From positions 16,678,001 to 16,742,000 of the forward strand of contig OX597825.1 in the NCBI GenBank assembly GCA_951406725.2: a DNA stretch of 64,000 nt, given 5' to 3'. The position numbers and the translations under genes were made by a program. The notes below the pieces were generated by a model. It was not told the origin of the DNA, searched no databases, and saw only the letters and a program-made list of their open reading frames with translations. The stretch comes from Octopus vulgaris. Lineage: Eukaryota. Of this stretch, positions 63,403-64,000 are shown in pieces; the stretch's first letter is position 1; each line of letters begins with the position of its first letter.

Positions 63403-63514
63403 TATTTATACATGATAATAAAATAAAGTTTTAGGTTGCTAGTTAGCAAAATAACCCAAAAGGCAAATATATTAACAAGGGTACAAGATAGCACCAGTTT
63501 TGATAGAAAAAGGA

Positions 63515-63568
<54 letters not shown>

Positions 63569-63698
63569 TGTGCGTGCATAGAGGCATATACACAATCTTG
63601 TAGACACATATCTATGTGTGTACATGTATGTTTATAAATATGTACAAGTGTGTTCATGCATGCTTGTATGTATGTATGTAAGTATGTATGTATGTATG

Positions 63699-63757
<59 letters not shown>

Positions 63758-64000
63758 ATATATGTATCTTTGTGTATATTTATCTATCTATATATCTGTC
63801 TATAAGATTATATGTACGTACACACACACACATGTATATATGCACACGCAAGGATAACACACAATTGCAGATACACACAAAACTCCACCCACGCCAGCGA
63901 ATAGAGACAAATTGACCTCGGAGATATTCCGTCCTTGTTGGTAATTCGATGAATCACTTGCTCAACTCGTTTTGCTCCTGCGCACCTTCCACCTTCCACC

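Overview
This is AT-rich, microsatellite-dense eukaryotic DNA, intronic or intergenic. The SINE families and the (TA)n/(ATT)n/(TATC)n load resemble an octopus (coleoid cephalopod) genome; that assignment is pattern recognition, not a database result. I can support no intact host protein-coding gene, and nearly all ORF-track entries are translations of microsatellites or SINEs. The window is a transposon graveyard. It holds four tRNA-derived SINE families (called A-D here) with shuffled modules, R4/Dong-type restriction-like-endonuclease LINE ends sitting in (TAA)n, and two CR1/L2-like LINE 3' ends whose terminus matches the SINE-A tail. It also has a probable L1/Tx1 ORF1 remnant, a mariner relic, a maT/Tc1-like relic, and an orphan rDNA piece (ITS2 plus 5' 28S, minus strand). 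The most interesting signal is a set of Penelope-like element (PLE) remnants: two GIY-YIG fragments, several fold-back/palindromic inserts in (TA)n tracts, and about eight minimal type I hammerhead ribozyme motifs of unrelated sequence. Two of those motifs (45433-45497 minus, 16254-16291 plus) look structurally near intact. Repeat boundaries are approximate, read by eye.
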